NCBI GenBank assembly: GCA_041690595.1
Contig: JAWLHB010000024.1
Span: 62,001-112,718 of the forward strand
Reading direction: 5' to 3'
Length of the DNA stretch: 50,718 nucleotides
Source of the DNA: Lentisphaeria bacterium
Lineage (GTDB): Bacteria; Verrucomicrobiota; Lentisphaeria; JABSQK01; JAWLHB01
The notes under the pieces are model-generated. The model was not told the origin of the DNA and ran no database searches. It worked only from the letters and a program-made list of their open reading frames with translations. Below, in pieces: positions 10,107-20,901 of this stretch. Each line of letters starts with the position of its first letter. Position 1 is the first letter of the stretch. The translations under genes and the position numbers were made by a program.

Positions 10107-11309
10107 ATGACCGATAACACTTTCAACGAGCAGCCTCGAAAAGTCTGGATTTTTGCCGGGGAGGCATCGGGCGATCTGTATGGCGCACGGCTGGCGCGCA
10201 GCCTCATGGAGCAGTCGCCTGACTTGATCGTGCAGGGGATGGGCGGGGAAGAGATGAGCGAGGCCGGGGTTGAGATTCTGGTCGACTCCAGCGACCTCGG
10301 AATCGTGGGTTTTGTGGAGGTCATCAAGCATCTGCCGATGTTCCTTAGGATCTTCAACGGCCTGGTCAGGCGGGCAGAGAAGGAACGCCCGGACGCCGTG
10401 GTGTTGATCGACTATCCCGGCTTCAACCTGCGCTTCGCACGGAAGATGGAAAAGCTGGGGATCAAGGTGATCTACTACATCAGCCCGCAGGTTTGGGCAT
10501 GGGGGAAAGGACGGGTCAAGGAGATGGCGCGGACCATCGATCACATGATCGTGATCTTCCCGTTCGAGGAGAGCTTCTTCAGCAAGTCCGGAATTCATAC
10601 GAGCTTTGTAGGTCACCCGCTGGTAGATGTGCTGCGACAGAATCCGCTGACGGAGGTGAAGCGCCAGCAGGACCTGATCGCCTTGCTGCCGGGCAGCCGC
10701 ATGAGTGAGATCGAGCGGCATCTGGAGCCCCTGTTGGAGACGGCGGCCGAGTTGTACCGTCAGCAGCCGCGATACGGCTTTGTGCTTCCCCTGCCGAACA
10801 AGCGGCTGCAGGGCCATGTACAGCAGGAGATACTGCGCTTCTGGGAAACCCGGGGAACGATCCCGATCGAAGTGATCGCCGGGGATACGGAGCGCCAGAT
10901 GCGCAAGGCGACCGCGGGCATCGCCGCGTCGGGCACGGTGACGGTCCAGGCCGCGATTCTCGGGCTTCCACTCGTCGTCATCTACCGGCTCAATCCGTTG
11001 ACGTGGATGATCGGCAAGCGGCTGGTCAAGATTCCGTATGTGACGATGGTGAACCTGGTGGCCGAGGAGACAGTCTATGAGGAGTTTCTGCAGGGAGAGG
11101 TGCGGCCGGAGAAGCTGGTGCCTGCCCTTTTGCGGATACTGCCCGATGGCGACCGTCACAAAGCGGTTGTCGAGGGCATGCGCAAAGCGGTTTCTCGCCT
11201 GCGCGGCGGCTCTCCACCGAACGAGGCGGCGGCGCGCATTGTCCTCGAAGAGCTGTATGGCGTCTGGCCTCCTCTGGTTACTCAACCGGACGATACTGGC
11301 GAGAGCTGA
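10107..11309 (+). CDS. lpxB: Lipid-A-disaccharide synthase
   Basis: AGEASGDLYGA, IDYPGFN, YISPQVWAW, FVGHPL, LLPGSR, ASGTVT. Confidence 0.95.
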   Translation: MTDNTFNEQPRKVWIFAGEASGDLYGARLARSLMEQSPDLIVQGMGGEEMSEAGVEILVDSSDLGIVGFVEVIKHLPMFLRIFNGLVRRAEKERPDAVVLIDYPGFNLRFARKMEKLGIKVIYYISPQVWAWGKGRVKEMARTIDHMIVIFPFEESFFSKSGIHTSFVGHPLVDVLRQNPLTEVKRQQDLIALLPGSRMSEIERHLEPLLETAAELYRQQPRYGFVLPLPNKRLQGHVQQEILRFWETRGTIPIEVIAGDTERQMRKATAGIAASGTVTVQAAILGLPLVVIYRLNPLTWMIGKRLVKIPYVTMVNLVAEETVYEEFLQGEVRPEKLVPALLRILPDGDRHKAVVEGMRKAVSRLRGGSPPNEAAARIVLEELYGVWPPLVTQPDDTGES

Positions 11310-11320
11310 GGCGACCAGCC

Positions 11321-12295
11321 CTACATCAGCTTGAACTTGGGGAGGTCCTGAATGTCGACCAGACCCACCACTTTCTGCTGGGCATCGACAACGGGGATGT
11401 CATCGATCTCGCGCTTCTCGAGAAGGTTGAGCACTTCGATTGCCATCTGGTCCTCGCGGATGTGGATGGGGGAGCTGGTCATGAAGCGGTTGATCGGCAA
11501 CTGCAGGAGGTCCAGGTTGTTGGCCGCATGGCGCCGGAAATCTCCGTCGGTGAAGATACCCAGAAGATGGTGTTGGTCATCGACAACGATGACGGAACCG
11601 GATCGGCGGCGGGTCATCTCCATGAGCGCATCGTGAACCGTGGTCTGGGGGTTGACGGTGGGAACGCGGTCAGCGCGGCGCATGATGTCGCGGATGCGCA
11701 TGGTGATGCTCCTGCCGATGGCGCCGCTGGGGTGGCGCAGGCCATAGTCCTCGCGGCTGAAGCCTTTTGCCTGCATCAACACCATGGCGAGCGCATCACC
11801 GAGGGCCAGGAGGGCAGTGGTGGAGGTGGTGGGTGCCAGGTTGAAGGGACATGCTTCGCCAGGGACAGCCATGGGAACAACAAGGTCGGACCAATCACCC
11901 AGGCTTGAGCCGTTCTTCGCAGTGATGGCCACAATAGGAATCTCGAAGCGCTTGGCAGCAGGAAGCACGGCCAGCAACTCGTCGGTTTCGCCACTGTAAC
12001 TCAGGCAGATGAGGAGATCCTCATGCGGGGTGAGGACGCCCAGATCGCCGTGCATCGCCTCTACGGGATGGAGGAAGACGGCGGGAGAACCGGTGCTGGA
12101 GAGGGTAGCGGCAATCTTGGCCCCGATCAGCCCGCTCTTGCCGACTCCCGTGAGAATCAGCTTGCCGCCCTGGCGCGCACAATTGAGGCAGAGCTCGACC
12201 ATTTGGCAGAAGGGGTCGCCAAGATGTTCACTGACGGCCTGAAGCCCCTCGATCTCGAGCTTGAAGATGTTTCTTGCGGCGGCCAAATAATCCAT
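11321..12295 (-). CDS. kdsD: Arabinose-5-phosphate isomerase (KpsF/GutQ; SIS plus CBS pair)
   Basis: TGVGKSG, HPVEAMHGDLG, SYSGET, EACPFNLAPTTST, HPSGAIG, GIFTDGDFRR. Confidence 0.94.
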   Translation of the reverse strand: MDYLAAARNIFKLEIEGLQAVSEHLGDPFCQMVELCLNCARQGGKLILTGVGKSGLIGAKIAATLSSTGSPAVFLHPVEAMHGDLGVLTPHEDLLICLSYSGETDELLAVLPAAKRFEIPIVAITAKNGSSLGDWSDLVVPMAVPGEACPFNLAPTTSTTALLALGDALAMVLMQAKGFSREDYGLRHPSGAIGRSITMRIRDIMRRADRVPTVNPQTTVHDALMEMTRRRSGSVIVVDDQHHLLGIFTDGDFRRHAANNLDLLQLPINRFMTSSPIHIREDQMAIEVLNLLEKREIDDIPVVDAQQKVVGLVDIQDLPKFKLM

Positions 12296-12317
12296 GAGCT
12301 GACAACGACTCCGGCGG

Positions 12318-12368
12318 TTTACATTTTGAGTGGGCAGGCTAATATACCAAGGGCTGAGGTAGAATCAA
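12318..12368. promoter_or_regulatory. Overlapping divergent putative promoters for waaA (+) and kdsD (-)
   Basis: + strand TTTACA-N16-TAATAT (12318-12345); - strand TTGATT-N16-TATATT (12368-12341). Confidence 0.4.
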
Positions 12369-12401
12369 CGAGCGCGCTCATCCGGTAAGGGGTTGTCCAT
12401 A

Positions 12402-13706
12402 ATGTTTCGCTTGATGCTGGTGCTGTACAACCTCTTCTTTCCGCTCCTCTTCGTCCTCTACGCGCCCTTCTATCTGGCCCACCTGATCAAGCGCGGCAAC
12501 TTCCTGAGTGGCTTCGGGGAGCGCTTCGGGCTCTATGGTCGGGCCAAGCGGCAACGGCTGCGGGAGCTCGACGGAGCGATCTGGATCCATGCAGTGAGCG
12601 TTGGGGAGACGGTGGCGGCCCTGAGCTTCATTCGCCAGTGGAACACCAGGCAACCGGGCTTGAGCTTCGTGCTCAGCACCACCACCAGCACGGGACAGCA
12701 GCTGGCACGAACGAAGGCGCCGGAGAACGTGACGCCGATCTACTGCCCGATCGACTGGTTCGTCTTTGTCTGGCTGGCCCTGCACTGCATCCGACCCGGG
12801 ATGCTGGTGATCTTTGAGGTGGAGATCTGGCCGACGCTGATCACGATGGCGCGCCGGCGAGGTTGCCCCATCACTCTGGTGAATTGCCGGATGTCCGATC
12901 GCACGGCGCAAGGCTACTACAACTACCGGGCGGTCTTTCGGCCGCTGCTGGGCAAGTTTCGCTGGATCGGGGTGCAGACGGCCGAAGATCTGGAGCGGGT
13001 GAAGCGCGTGGTGGGTGACCGCACACCAGTGGAAGTGTGCAACAACATGAAGTTCGATCAGACGCCGGACCAGGAGGCGGCAGCGGTGGGCCCATGGCTG
13101 GAGCGGGCCTTCGGCAGCGGAGAACGGCTTGTGCTGACCGCGGCGAGCACCCATGCGGGCGAGGAGGAGATTGTCCTGCGAACGATGCGGGCGGTACTGC
13201 CCGATTTTCCACGGGTGAAACTGCTCCTGGTGCCCCGTCATGTGGAGCGACTGCCCGAGCTGACGCCCCTTCTGCAGGAGAGCGGGCTGCCTCATGTTCG
13301 CCTCACGGCACTACGGGATGGCGCGGCCGCGCCAGCAGGTTGCCAGATCCTCGTCGTCGACACGACCGGGGAGCTGATGAGCTTCCTGGCGCATTCGGAT
13401 ATCGTCTTCGTCGGCAAGAGCCTGGGTGGCAATGAAGGGGGCCACAACATCATCGAACCGGCCATCTTCGGCAAAGCTATCCTCTTTGGCAGTCACATGG
13501 AGAACTTTCGCCGAATCGCGACGATCTTCAAACAGCGAGACGCGGCGATCGAAGTGGCGGACGAAGGGGAGTTTGCGGCGGCGGTCCGCCGTCTGCTGGA
13601 CGATCCAGCGGAACGCCAACGTCTTGCCACGGCTTCTCGGCGGACGGTTGAAGAGCAGCGCGGAGCGATCGAGCGCACCATCCGCGCGCTCGAAAGCTAC
13701 CGGTAG
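12402..13706 (+). CDS. waaA: Kdo transferase
   Basis: WIHAVSVGE, EVEIWP, ASTHAGEE, LVPRHVER, DTTGEL, GGHNIIEPA. Confidence 0.95.
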   Translation: MFRLMLVLYNLFFPLLFVLYAPFYLAHLIKRGNFLSGFGERFGLYGRAKRQRLRELDGAIWIHAVSVGETVAALSFIRQWNTRQPGLSFVLSTTTSTGQQLARTKAPENVTPIYCPIDWFVFVWLALHCIRPGMLVIFEVEIWPTLITMARRRGCPITLVNCRMSDRTAQGYYNYRAVFRPLLGKFRWIGVQTAEDLERVKRVVGDRTPVEVCNNMKFDQTPDQEAAAVGPWLERAFGSGERLVLTAASTHAGEEEIVLRTMRAVLPDFPRVKLLLVPRHVERLPELTPLLQESGLPHVRLTALRDGAAAPAGCQILVVDTTGELMSFLAHSDIVFVGKSLGGNEGGHNIIEPAIFGKAILFGSHMENFRRIATIFKQRDAAIEVADEGEFAAAVRRLLDDPAERQRLATASRRTVEEQRGAIERTIRALESYR

Positions 13707-13717
13707 ACGGAGACGGT

Positions 13718-16700
13718 TCACTCCTTGACGGCATCGCGGGGAAGTGCGCAGCGGAAACCGGCGTAGATCCAGCCGCGCGCATCGGGTGGATTGATCATGC
13801 GTTGTGTGACACGCTGAAACTGTTCGTTCCAGTTGATGGATCCGCCGCGCAGGACCTTGTGGCTCCCGCGCTCTGGGCCGGTGGGATTGTTGGCAAGCAT
13901 GCCGCGGTAAGCGTCATGGGCATACCAGTCAGCTACCCATTCCCAGACGTTTCCGGCCATGTCCATGACGCCATAGGGACTGGCGCCATCGGGATGAGCG
14001 TCGACAGGATGTGTGCCGTATTCCTGGCGATAGACCGTCGTCTCGAGAGAAGCACATCTGGAGCCATCCCAATCATTCCCCCAGGGATAGCGGCGCGCAT
14101 CGACGCCGCGAGCGGCCTTCTCCCACTGGGCCTCGGTCGGCAGTGCGGCGCCTGCCCAGACCGCGTAGGCATTGGCGTCATGCCAGTCGACGTTGAAGAT
14201 GGGATGATTATCCCCAGCCGATGCGGGAGGCAGGCTGGGCATGGTGCGCCCGGTCGCTTCGCAGAAGGTGCGGTATTGCGCGACGGTGACGGGATGACGA
14301 TAAATCCAATAGCCATCGAGTTCGATGCGTCGTGATGGAGACTCATCGACGAGTCCCTCACCGGCGGGACTTCCCATCGTGAAGGTGCCATGGGGGATGT
14401 AAACCAGTTCCGCCTTGTCCACGGGATTCACGGATAACCGCGGGGGTTCCACGGCAGCCGCGGTGCTATCGATGCGCAACGTCATGGCGGGCAGATCGAT
14501 GCGGGCGGCTGAATCGCCCAAGGTGTGGGGGATGGAGGTGAGCGATATGCTGAGACGCCCCTCCAAAGCCTGTGGTGTCAGCGCGATGGATTGGTGTCCG
14601 GCAGCGGAGGTGCTCAGCAGGGCGAGGAGGCCATCGCCGCGATCGAGCTGGATGGTCAGATCGCCCTCCTGATCGACGATCGGCAGCTCGATCGCCTTGC
14701 CCTCGATGACGGTGAAAATCTCGACGTCGACGTCGCCGGCGGAGAGTTCCGGCACGGCGTCACCACCGGGCGTGGAGGCGGCCACATGGTGCAGGTCAAA
14801 GGTTCTGTCGATACCACCTCCTTTGACGGTCAGGCGGCTTCGCTCGGGATGGGGCATGGCCAGGGACCAGCGTCCGACAAAGCTCTGTTGCGCGTCACGC
14901 ATCTTCTGGCCATCGTAGTGGCGTTGGACGGTGATCGTCGCGTCCTGCACGCTGACGCTGCGATGCAGATGGTAGCGCTGTTTGCGAGCGGCAATTCCAG
15001 CCGGGGTAGACCATGGGGAGGAGACGGCGGTGGCGGTCATGGCGACACCATTTGGAAGTGTCTGAACCTCTTCCCAACCGACCGTGCTGACGCCCGGGAT
15101 AAGATCGGTGTAGCCCCCCGTCTGGAAGTCTTCCCCGGGCGCCAGCATCTCTCGCATGGTGGGCCGGTGGACGAGGCTCAGCAGCTGACCGCGAATGGCA
15201 GGCAGCAGTTCGAGGACGAGCGAGTCGGAGGATGCGGTTTCGATCTTGCCGCCAGTGCGCAGGAGGAAGCGATAGCGGAAGTGCCAGGGCTCGGCGCCGG
15301 CACCGCGGGCGAGCATGTGAGCCGCCGCCGTGCGTTCGATTCGCTCGGGAAAATCCGGACGACCGCCGGGCACCAGCCACAGGGAGTTGTCCCGGGGATT
15401 GACCACCCTGGTCAACGCGCCGGCATCGGTAAGGAGCAGGCTGTCGATGGAGGTGGCCATTGCCTTTTCGACGCGGCCCGCGAAGGCGGGATCGGCCTCG
15501 GTGCGCGCTGCCTCCAGCGCTGCTTGCATCAAGGTGCTCATGGCTTCGAGCTTGTCATCGGTGAAGAGCTTCTGGCGCAGGATGGAGGTGAAGCAGGTCC
15601 AGCGAACGGTGGCGCTGGCATAGCGGCTCTCTCGGGCCACCTGCTCCACGTATCGCAGGTATTGATGGATGAAGGGAGCTGCGGCAGCGCCATAGTAATC
15701 ATCGACAAACTGCCTGCGCAGCGCTTCGGGATCCTGAGAAGGATTCCACAACATCTTGCTGAACAGCCACTTCCTCATCCAGACCCAGTTGAGTTCTCCG
15801 GCCGGCATTTCGAGGAGCACGGTTTCGGCACCCTGTTCGTGGAAGAAGCGAACATTGTCGCAGACGTTGAGGATGTTGGGCCATTCGACGGTGGCGTCGG
15901 TGAAGTTGCAGGTCCAATCCCACATGGCGAGGCGTCCGGGGACGAGTTTGCCCCAGGTGATGATGGCTTCGCGATAGTCGCGGTTGTGGATGTTGTCGCG
16001 GATGCGCCCCAACTGGTCGCCGGCCGGGTAGAGCGGGAGGGAGCTGGAGACCACATTGACCCAGAGGTTGTGATGGGGCCGGAGGGTGAGGGGAGCCTTG
16101 AGCGTGCCGAAGTAGGCAAAGGTGACAAGCTGGTGTTCGGGATACTGGTCGGCGGTGCGTTCGAGAACTCGGTTGAGCAGTTGGATGTAGGGTGCGATCT
16201 CGCTGCTCTGTTCCTTGACGAGAGCGCGGCAATCGGGGCATTCGCATGGGGTGAATCCATCGCCCTGGCCGGCGGGGATTGGCGTAGCGGGGTCATGATC
16301 GGCCATCTTGACCATGATGTTGCGGGCCATTTCTTCCGCCAGCTCCGGGTTGGTGGCACAGAGGGCCATGGTATGGGGGGTCGAGCGTTTTCCGCCAATC
16401 AAGGCGAACCATTCGGGATGATCGGCAAAATAGGTCTTGGGAGGAATCCAGGTATAGAAATTGTGGCCGGAGACGATGCGGGTATTGCCGCTTGCACGGT
16501 TCTTCTCACGCCATTCGTATTCACCGCGAATAAAGGATCCGCCCATGCTGCGCAGGCGGAAGGCGGGTTGCTGAAGATCGTCGATCTGGGCTAATTGGAT
16601 GGTGGCCCGCGTCGGAACGATCTCGAAGTCCGGGGAGTAGTATCGCACCCCCAGGTGATCCTCGAGGAAGCCATAGACGGCATAGGTGAGCCCCTGAGCG

Positions 16701-17038
16701 GAGCGGGCGGTAAGGTGGAGACGGTTCGCTTCGGTGTGGAGGCGATAGCCCTGCATGCCGGCAGCGGTGTCGTCAAGGCCGGCGATGGCATCGGCAAGGC
16801 GAAGAACCAGAGCCGCGCTTCCGGCGGGGATTGCGGCCTCATCAGCGACAACCGGCACTTCAGCGCCAGCCATTCGTCCAAGGTAATCTGCCAGTATGGT
16901 TGCCTGTGCAGCATGCTCATTGGCTACGATAACCGCCTTCATGGCGCCCTCCTCGGTAAGCGTCACTTGGGAATGAGCCGTCAAGACAGCAAGGAATGCT
17001 GCCATGACGCAAAGATAGCGGCTGATAAAGCTTATCAT
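13718..17038 (-). CDS. Secreted DUF4838-like protein fused to a C-terminal FGE-sulfatase (SUMF1) domain
   Basis: Signal peptide; YAVYGFLEDHLGVRYY, YFADHPEWFAL, LCATNPE, CECPDC (DUF4838-type); C-terminal FTMGS...LPTEAQWEKAARG...DMAGNVWEW...VLRGGS...GFRC. Confidence 0.8.
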   Translation of the reverse strand: MISFISRYLCVMAAFLAVLTAHSQVTLTEEGAMKAVIVANEHAAQATILADYLGRMAGAEVPVVADEAAIPAGSAALVLRLADAIAGLDDTAAGMQGYRLHTEANRLHLTARSAQGLTYAVYGFLEDHLGVRYYSPDFEIVPTRATIQLAQIDDLQQPAFRLRSMGGSFIRGEYEWREKNRASGNTRIVSGHNFYTWIPPKTYFADHPEWFALIGGKRSTPHTMALCATNPELAEEMARNIMVKMADHDPATPIPAGQGDGFTPCECPDCRALVKEQSSEIAPYIQLLNRVLERTADQYPEHQLVTFAYFGTLKAPLTLRPHHNLWVNVVSSSLPLYPAGDQLGRIRDNIHNRDYREAIITWGKLVPGRLAMWDWTCNFTDATVEWPNILNVCDNVRFFHEQGAETVLLEMPAGELNWVWMRKWLFSKMLWNPSQDPEALRRQFVDDYYGAAAAPFIHQYLRYVEQVARESRYASATVRWTCFTSILRQKLFTDDKLEAMSTLMQAALEAARTEADPAFAGRVEKAMATSIDSLLLTDAGALTRVVNPRDNSLWLVPGGRPDFPERIERTAAAHMLARGAGAEPWHFRYRFLLRTGGKIETASSDSLVLELLPAIRGQLLSLVHRPTMREMLAPGEDFQTGGYTDLIPGVSTVGWEEVQTLPNGVAMTATAVSSPWSTPAGIAARKQRYHLHRSVSVQDATITVQRHYDGQKMRDAQQSFVGRWSLAMPHPERSRLTVKGGGIDRTFDLHHVAASTPGGDAVPELSAGDVDVEIFTVIEGKAIELPIVDQEGDLTIQLDRGDGLLALLSTSAAGHQSIALTPQALEGRLSISLTSIPHTLGDSAARIDLPAMTLRIDSTAAAVEPPRLSVNPVDKAELVYIPHGTFTMGSPAGEGLVDESPSRRIELDGYWIYRHPVTVAQYRTFCEATGRTMPSLPPASAGDNHPIFNVDWHDANAYAVWAGAALPTEAQWEKAARGVDARRYPWGNDWDGSRCASLETTVYRQEYGTHPVDAHPDGASPYGVMDMAGNVWEWVADWYAHDAYRGMLANNPTGPERGSHKVLRGGSINWNEQFQRVTQRMINPPDARGWIYAGFRCALPRDAVKE

Positions 17039-17268
17039 GAGTGCCTCATGGGTTAGGGAGTCGTGTTTCCTGGATATGAACGGGCCGGATCGGGATCGAG
17101 TGGCCCGATTCAGAGTAAACCGTTGCAGCGGGCGGGTCAAGTGTCGTTTTTCAAGATCGCCTGGACGCAGTCAGCGAGATTGCACTGCCGCACATGAGCT
17201 GTCACATTTGTTGGATGGAAGCCACTCCCACCTTTCGATGAAATCCGATCACCAGCAAAGAGGACACG

Positions 17269-18048
17269 ATGAAGATCTACATCGTCACCGATCTTGAAGG
17301 CGCAACCGGAGTCTTCAAGTTTCGTCAGACCCGCGAAGTGGAGACGCCCGACTTTCTGGATGCCATGCGGCTGCTCATGGGCGACATTGCCGCGGTGGCC
17401 GAGGGTCTCCGGCAAGGCGGGGCCACGGAGATCGTGGCACTCGACGGGCACAATGGCGGGAACAACTTCATACCGTCCTGCATGATTCCGGGGGTTCAGT
17501 ACATCACCGGCATGCCACGTGGTACACATCCCCTGTATGGGCTGGATGAAACCTTTGCGGGCATTGTCCTGGTGGGTTATCATGCCATGAATGGCACGGC
17601 TGACGGCGTGCTTCATCACACGCAGAGTTCGCGGGCGGAATCGAAGTATTGGTACGACGGCGTCGAGCGGGGCGAGATCTACCAGATGGCGGTGATTGCC
17701 GGCCACTTCGACATACCCGTGATCCTGGTCACCGGCGACACCGCGGCCTGTCGGGAAGCGCGCGCGACGCTTGGCGAAGGATTACCCACCGTGGCGGTGA
17801 AACAGGGAATCTCGCGGGAAGCGGCCATTCTTCTTGCCGCGGAAGCGACGCGTCCCATGCTGATCGAGGGGGCCAGACGAGCCGTGGCGGAACGTCACCA
17901 GAGGAGCGTGCTCAAACCGACCTTCCCGGTCGAGTTGCGCATCCGCTCCCTTGATTCGGCGATTCCGGGAAGCGAGCCGTCCAATTTTGTGGAGCGGAGC
18001 TACACGGTGCATGATGGCCTTGAGGTCATCACTGGAAAAACGGCGTGA
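17269..18048 (+). CDS. M55-family metallopeptidase (D-aminopeptidase DppA-like)
   Basis: MKIYIVTDLEG, DGHNGG, VGYHA, LHHT, GE, LVTGD. Confidence 0.9.
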   Translation: MKIYIVTDLEGATGVFKFRQTREVETPDFLDAMRLLMGDIAAVAEGLRQGGATEIVALDGHNGGNNFIPSCMIPGVQYITGMPRGTHPLYGLDETFAGIVLVGYHAMNGTADGVLHHTQSSRAESKYWYDGVERGEIYQMAVIAGHFDIPVILVTGDTAACREARATLGEGLPTVAVKQGISREAAILLAAEATRPMLIEGARRAVAERHQRSVLKPTFPVELRIRSLDSAIPGSEPSNFVERSYTVHDGLEVITGKTA

Positions 18049-18067
18049 GAGCGCTAACCGAGGGCAC

Positions 18068-18099
18068 AAAAAAACCCCTCCCCGATGAAGGGGAGGGGT
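18068..18099 (-). terminator. Intrinsic terminator downstream of rpmE (possibly bidirectional)
   Basis: 10-bp stem ACCCCTCCCC / GGGGAGGGGT with an adjacent A7 run (U-tract on the minus strand). Confidence 0.8.
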
Positions 18100-18145
18100 C
18101 AAGATGCAAGACCGGCCTATCGGCATCCGGTCGATGGATCCAGTG

Positions 18146-18364
18146 TTATTCGCTTTCCGGCTGCTGCATTTTGTAGCGGCGGAGGAAGCGATCAACACGA
18201 CCAGCAGTATCTACGAAGCGCTGCTTACCCGTAAAGAACGGATGGCACTTGGCACAGATGCTGACGCGAGCTTCCTTGCGGGTGGAGCCGACGTGGAATT
18301 CGGCGCCACAGCCACAGGTGATCACGGCATCTTCGTAGTACTCGGGGTGAATTTCCTTCTTCAT
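18146..18364 (-). CDS. rpmE: 50S ribosomal protein L31 (Zn-binding form)
   Basis: [10 protein letters not shown]...CGCG...[24 protein letters not shown]. Confidence 0.97.
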   Translation of the reverse strand: MKKEIHPEYYEDAVITCGCGAEFHVGSTRKEARVSICAKCHPFFTGKQRFVDTAGRVDRFLRRYKMQQPESE

Positions 18365-18410
18365 AACGCACCATCCTCTTCGGCGTTGAAAAAACGACAA
18401 TCAAGCGCTT

Positions 18411-18438
18411 AAGGTAGAAGCGCGGCGTTGGTTGTCAA
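18411..18438 (-). promoter_or_regulatory. Putative sigma70 promoter of rpmE
   Basis: TTGACA-N16-TACCTT. Confidence 0.55.
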
Positions 18439-18447
18439 GCTGAGCTT

Positions 18448-20562
18448 TCAGCTTTCGGGGGTCAATGCTTCCATGTCGGCAAGGGCTTCCTTCCGGCTGA
18501 GGCGGATCCTGCCACGATCGTCGACATCAATCACTTTGACCGTGACCATGTCGCCGACGTTGCAAATATCTTCAACCTTGGAGACACGGTAATCCGCCAT
18601 CTCGGAGATGTGAAGCAGGCCGTCCTGACCCGGCAGCACTTCCACGAAGGCGCCGAAGTCCTTGACGGTCTTCACTTCACCGCGGTAGATCTTGCCGATC
18701 TTCACTTCGGCAGTCACGGAATCCACGTCACGAATGGCGCCATCCATCTTGACCTTGTCATTGGCATAGATCTTGACGGTGCCGTCATCTTCGACAGAGA
18801 TCTGAACGTCGTGCTTATCGGTGATACCGCGGATGACCTTGCCACCCGGTCCGATAAGGGCGCCGATTTTCTCCGTGTCGATCTGCATGACATGGACACG
18901 GGGAGCGTACGGGCTGAGTTCGTCGCGCGGGACGGCGATGCACATGTCCATGACGTCGAGGATCTTCATGCGCGCATCCTTGTTGCGCAACATGGCATCG
19001 TACAGCAAGTCGACGGAGACGCCGGCGATCTTGAGGTCGAGCTGGAATCCAGTAATGCCATCGCGGGTACCGGAGACCTTGAAGTCCATGTCGCCATAAT
19101 GATCTTCGCTACCGAGAATGTCGGTAAGGAGGATGGAGCGCTCTCCATCCTGAACGAGCCCACAGGAGATACCGGCAACGGCCTTCTTGAGGGGTACGCC
19201 GGCATCCATCAGCGCCAGGCTGGCGGCGCAGACGCTGCCCATGGAGGTGGAGCCATTGGAGGCCATCACCTCGGAGACGCAACGGACAACGTAGGGATAG
19301 TCCTTGGGCATCATGCGCTCGAGCGAACGCTCGGCGAGGGCGCCATGTCCAATCTCGCGGCGGCCGGGGCCCATGATGCGGCCGGTCTCACCGACGCTGA
19401 AATTCGGGAAGTTGTAGTGCAGCATGAACTTCTTCTCATCCTGCCCACCGGTGATGGCATCGGAGCTCTGCACTTCGCGATCGGAACCGAGGGTGGTAAT
19501 GACCAGCACCTGGGTTTCGCCGCGGGAGAAGAGGCCGGAACCATGGGTCCGCGGCAACAGCCCGACTTCGGCGCTCAGCGGGCGGAGCTGATCGACGCTA
19601 CGACCGTCACTGCGCAGCTGCTCATCGAGGATGTGACGACGAATCGTCTTCTCGGTCTCTGCCTTGAAGGCGGTCTTGATCTGCGTCTTGAGGTCGTCGG
19701 CATCGCCTTCAACCTTGGCCAGAACGACAGCGGTAACCTCTTCCTGCACAACGCCGAGAGCGGCATAGCGCTCTTCCTTCGACGAGATCTTGCAGGGGGC
19801 GTCGAGCTTGCCGGCGCTGGCTTCGCGCACGGCGGCAACAACCTGTTCGGATGGCAGGTGGAGCTTCGGCTCGACTTTCTTCTTGCCTGCCCGCAGGGCC
19901 AGTTCGAGCTGCGCGGCGATCTGCTTCTTGACCATTTCATTAGCGAAGCGGAGGGCGTCGCGGAGGATTTCCTCGCTGACCTCGTCGCCACCACCTTCGA
20001 TCATGATCACCTTGTCGGCCAGACCGGCGTAGACGAGGTCGAGATCACTCTCGGCCATCTCGCTGTGCGTCGGGTTGGCGACGAATTCTCCGTTAACGCG
20101 ACCGACACGGAGGGCGCCGATAGGGCCGTTGAAGGGCATCGGCGAGAGGGTCAGGACGACGGAGGCAGCAAGCATGCTGAGGACGTCGGCGTCATTTTCG
20201 CCGTCGGCGCTGAGCAGGAGCGACTGGATCTGCACGTCGTCGATGTAGCCTTCAGGGAAGAGGGGGCGACAGGGCCGGTCGGTCATGCGCGAGGTCAGGA
20301 TTTCCTTCTCGCTGGGACGACCTTCACGCTTGAAGTAACCGCCGGGAATACGGCCGGCCGCGGAGAACTTCTCGCGGTAGTCTACCTGGAGGGGAAAGAA
20401 GTCGAGGCCTGGACGCGGATCGGCGGAACAGGCGGCGGTGAAGACGATGGTCTCCCCCTGCTGAACGGTGCAGGCGCCATGAGCGAGGGCGGCCATTTTG
20501 CCGGTCTCGATGGTGATGACGCGCCCGGGCGCCAGCTCGATGTCGATACTGTGGATTGCCAT
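18448..20562 (-). CDS. pnp: Polyribonucleotide nucleotidyltransferase
   Basis: [44 protein letters not shown] (IGPGG) and S1 domains; GAGGA RBS before ATG 20562. Confidence 0.97.
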   Translation of the reverse strand: MAIHSIDIELAPGRVITIETGKMAALAHGACTVQQGETIVFTAACSADPRPGLDFFPLQVDYREKFSAAGRIPGGYFKREGRPSEKEILTSRMTDRPCRPLFPEGYIDDVQIQSLLLSADGENDADVLSMLAASVVLTLSPMPFNGPIGALRVGRVNGEFVANPTHSEMAESDLDLVYAGLADKVIMIEGGGDEVSEEILRDALRFANEMVKKQIAAQLELALRAGKKKVEPKLHLPSEQVVAAVREASAGKLDAPCKISSKEERYAALGVVQEEVTAVVLAKVEGDADDLKTQIKTAFKAETEKTIRRHILDEQLRSDGRSVDQLRPLSAEVGLLPRTHGSGLFSRGETQVLVITTLGSDREVQSSDAITGGQDEKKFMLHYNFPNFSVGETGRIMGPGRREIGHGALAERSLERMMPKDYPYVVRCVSEVMASNGSTSMGSVCAASLALMDAGVPLKKAVAGISCGLVQDGERSILLTDILGSEDHYGDMDFKVSGTRDGITGFQLDLKIAGVSVDLLYDAMLRNKDARMKILDVMDMCIAVPRDELSPYAPRVHVMQIDTEKIGALIGPGGKVIRGITDKHDVQISVEDDGTVKIYANDKVKMDGAIRDVDSVTAEVKIGKIYRGEVKTVKDFGAFVEVLPGQDGLLHISEMADYRVSKVEDICNVGDMVTVKVIDVDDRGRIRLSRKEALADMEALTPES

Positions 20563-20664
20563 AATGTAAGCATCCTCTTTGGTTTTGTGGGGAGAGGAAC
20601 CGTTTGGGACGGTAGTTCTTCGCCCAGGTGGCAGGATGCGGCAGCACAGCAGATAAAACTGCAG

Positions 20665-20740
20665 GCGGATTTGCGGAATTGCGGTATAAAGGCCCGATCT
20701 TGACCAGGCGTTTATACCGTCCGTAATTCCACGAACCTCC
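20665..20740 (-). promoter_or_regulatory. Long imperfect hairpin in the pnp 5' leader
   Basis: Minus strand GGAAUU-ACGGA-CGGUAUAAA-C-GCCUGGU-CAAG-AUCGGGC-C-UUUAUACCG-C-AAUUCC. Confidence 0.6.
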
Positions 20741-20791
20741 AGCGGAACAATACCGCCGCTCAAAACCTGTCTGTCATTGAATAGAAGCGAT

Positions 20792-20819
20792 ACTATAGCC
20801 ACGCCAGTTCCAATTGCAA
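20792..20819 (-). promoter_or_regulatory. Putative sigma70 promoter of pnp
   Basis: TTGCAA-N16-TATAGT. Confidence 0.55.
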
Positions 20820-20901
20820 GGTAAATTGAACAATGACTCTTGCAGCGGCACTGGTATGGGCGCGCGCCTATCTGTAGAGGGTGAAATTCTCCGTAATCGA
20901 C

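Noticed and set aside
13718..13900. C-terminal FGE/CLec domain as a diversity-generating retroelement target
   Set aside because: No reverse transcriptase or template repeat was seen in the window
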